Source: a virus
Lineage: Duplodnaviria > Caudoviricetes
DNA: 64,000 bases
Virus record (IMG/VR): IMGVR_UViG_3300030113_000006
Span: 1,341 to 65,340 of that record
Reading direction: 5' to 3' (one strand)
The position numbers were made by a program, and so were the translations under genes. This document shows positions 61,832-64,000 of this stretch, one piece after another. How positions within the stretch are numbered: position 1 is the first letter of the stretch; every line of letters starts with the position of its first letter. The notes under the pieces are model-generated. The model made no database searches. It saw nothing but the letters and a program-made list of their open reading frames with translations, and was not told the origin of the DNA.

Positions 61832-61955
61832 ATATTATTTATGGTGGTTATAATTTTACCATTCTAGAGTAAAATTGCATAGCATATGAGTGATATTAAT
61901 TTGGCTTGTAGGTATTTTCATTGTTGCCATCTTTATTTATTGTATACAAACAAAT

Positions 61956-62363
61956 TTAAGAAGTGAGCCGTAATCTTGGTCTAGTTCTTGATATTCTTCT
62001 TAATTGGTGTCTTTCAGTATAATTATCTAAGATAATACCGTGCGCATTTAGATTGGTTAATTCATGTAATAAATTTCTTTCGTGATTATCTAGATTAGAA
62101 TATCCTTCTTTATATATCTTAGTCTTTAGATAACAATATACTTGAATTGTTGGTATCTTAAGTGAATCAAAATCATAGATAAGTCGTGTTATGTTAGCCC
62201 TTATCATTGGGAATAACCTATTATATTCTGTTTCCGATATTCGATTACACATAGTAGGTGAATATACTATAGTATGTATACTACTTCTGTAGCTATCACT
62301 ATTTTCTAGATCTTCAACTATCATATTGTTTATATTACTTGGATCGCATACGTTGTTTGGCAT
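61956..62363 (-). CDS. Hypothetical protein
   Basis: AGGA RBS; 135 aa. Confidence 0.5.
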   Translation of the reverse strand: MPNNVCDPSNINNMIVEDLENSDSYRSSIHTIVYSPTMCNRISETEYNRLFPMIRANITRLIYDFDSLKIPTIQVYCYLKTKIYKEGYSNLDNHERNLLHELTNLNAHGIILDNYTERHQLRRISRTRPRLRLTS

Positions 62364-62378
62364 ACAAAATTCCTACAT

Positions 62379-62406
62379 AAAAACCCCTGCAATATTACTA
62401 GCAGGG
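62379..62406 (-). terminator. Rho-independent terminator after the OMP gene
   Basis: Minus strand ccctgc-10 nt-gcaggg followed by gttttt. Confidence 0.6.
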
Positions 62407-62454
62407 AATACTATGGAGATAGCTATTAATTAAAGTTAATATTTGTATTAGTTT

Positions 62455-63099
62455 TTATATTCTTACAACCACACCAGAAGACATGCCTAAACTATTTCTA
62501 AGTTTAATTGCAACATTATTATCAATGGTCTTTAATTTGGAAGTATGCTCGTAACTCAATAATGTTCTCATGCCAACATATTCATTAAACATATATTCAA
62601 TACCAGTTAATGCAGTAATAACCAATTTAGATTTGTTAACACTAATTGCCCCATTGTTTAGTGGTGCATTAAGATTTACTTTTATTTGTTTAATGCCCAC
62701 GCCATTTAACCATATTAAGTTCCCGCAAGATGGTAATATGTAATTATGTACTAGGCTTGTGCCTATATTGAAGAATTTAACTTTATTATTACCTTTTTTG
62801 CTGCTTCCTAAGGTCTTTTCTACAGAGGCTTCCAAGTTTAAATTATCTATTAATTTAAACCCGACAAAGGCACGACCCATTTTGTGAGATCCTTTAAATA
62901 AGTTGTGACCGAAACCATTTTTAAAACCAACGTTTTTTATTCCAACGTCAGCTCCTAAGTAGGGTGATATATCTGCAACAGCTGCCATAGATAACAATAT
63001 GCACAATGTTATTGAACTAGCTTTAATAAACGTTTTTATTTTGTTGTTGGTATTTTTGATTATTGCGTTATTTGCCTTTAAAATCGTTGTTGAAACCAT
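62455..63099 (-). CDS. Outer-membrane beta-barrel protein (OmpA-TM/Ail-Lom-like)
   Basis: Signal-like segment ending AAVA, PYLGAD.G, alternating beta-strand pattern (FVGFK, G.EY.F...VG.R). Confidence 0.7.
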   Translation of the reverse strand: MVSTTILKANNAIIKNTNNKIKTFIKASSITLCILLSMAAVADISPYLGADVGIKNVGFKNGFGHNLFKGSHKMGRAFVGFKLIDNLNLEASVEKTLGSSKKGNNKVKFFNIGTSLVHNYILPSCGNLIWLNGVGIKQIKVNLNAPLNNGAISVNKSKLVITALTGIEYMFNEYVGMRTLLSYEHTSKLKTIDNNVAIKLRNSLGMSSGVVVRI

Positions 63100-63315
63100 T
63101 TAAACTTTCTCCTTTGTTCCTTTATTATTTAATTATAACTTTTTTTACAATTATTTCCATTAGTATTTGTAAAATTGCTTGTTTTACATTATCAATAAAT
63201 ACAAACATAGGTGGTGGCATGACATAAGCATTATACTATTATTAATATATATTGCTTTTATAACCTTATTGTTTATATACTCCTTTCTTTTTTAGAAAAT
63301 AAGGAATGGTATTGG

Positions 63316-63603
63316 ATGTTGATTTTAACTAGAAGGATTGGGGAAAGTTTGGTTATCGGAGATAATGTTACGATAGCGGTTTTAGAGGTAAAGGGCAATA
63401 AAGTTAGAATTGGCGTAAATGCTCCTAAAGAGGTTTCAGTTCATAGAGAAGAAATTTATAAACGTATTCAAGAAGAAAAATTGAATAAACTTGACGCAGA
63501 TAGAAATAAAACAGATCCCAATATAATAGATCACACAACAACAATAAAAAATTATAGAAAAACAGGCTATAGAGAGTATTTTGATTGCATGTGTGATAGA
63601 TAA
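63316..63603 (+). CDS. csrA: Carbon storage regulator CsrA/RsmA with C-terminal extension
   Basis: [48 protein letters not shown]; RNA-binding Arg44 (HRE) intact. Confidence 0.97.
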   Translation: MLILTRRIGESLVIGDNVTIAVLEVKGNKVRIGVNAPKEVSVHREEIYKRIQEEKLNKLDADRNKTDPNIIDHTTTIKNYRKTGYREYFDCMCDR

Positions 63604-63619
63604 TAAGTATAATAATAAT

Positions 63620-63981
63620 GGGGGCGTATTTGGCTTCGACGTTGGTTGCAAAATCTAACGTGCGTGTCGAGTAGGCAACGTAACTCGTAATCTTCGTTGC
63701 AACCGTCAAGAAATGACGACAAAGACGTTTTACCATTAGCTGCCTGAAATAAAATTATAGCTAATCCTTTACTAGTTATGTGCTTGTGTACAATTAGATA
63801 AAGGTCGCAATCACAAGATCGCTTATCAAGCGCCCGGTTTTGGTAGGCTAAATTTAACGGGACAGCTATTGACTTCCCTGCCTTTTGGGTAAGTTAATAG
63901 TTAAAACAATAAATAGGCTACACACGTAGATCCTTTAGAAAATAGCGCTGGCGGACGCGGGTTCAACTCCCGCCGCCTCCA
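63620..63981 (+). ncRNA. ssrA: tmRNA
   Basis: Acceptor stem GGGGGCG/CGCCTCC-A with G3.U Ala identity pair; T-arm GCGGG-TTCAACT-CCCGC; pseudoknot 1 CGAG/CTCG plus GCAACG/CGTTGC; tag frame ...NDDKDVLPLAA-TGA (63712-63747); no encoded CCA. Confidence 0.95.
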
Positions 63982-64000
63982 TATATAACAATATTAGGAA

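Overview
AT-rich window that reads as most of one temperate podovirus genome (prophage or phage-plasmid). The host is probably a gammaproteobacterium, possibly Legionellales-like; this is inferred from its csrA, rpoS-like sigma, outer-membrane protein and integrase. 1-31.9 kb is a co-directional T7-like virion/lysis/packaging module: portal (5' end off-window), scaffold, major capsid, three paralogous decoration-type proteins around a 2093-aa fibre, tail tubular A/B, three internal virion proteins, two T7-type tail fibres, VRR-NUC, endolysin, holin-like protein, HNH, and a large terminase with a 127-aa mini-intein. 32-64 kb is a mosaic accessory/replication region: two long perfect palindromes, rtcB, a SpoT-type HD hydrolase, SSB/ERF, a replication initiator with internal 11-bp iterons, PriCT-2, a histone-like protein, an RpoS-like sigma, a cold-shock protein, a metacaspase, several orphan antitoxins including intact darG behind a truncated darT, a P4-type integrase, a DEDDh exonuclease, parA/parG, an outer-membrane beta-barrel, csrA and a complete tmRNA. 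Most notable: the ribosome-binding sites of at least 11 phage genes match the CsrA/RsmA motif C-ANGGAN-G, most in a hairpin loop, the phage encodes its own CsrA, and no CI-like repressor is recognisable. This suggests a phage life-cycle programme controlled at translation by CsrA. All protein calls come from motif recognition by eye; no database searches were run.
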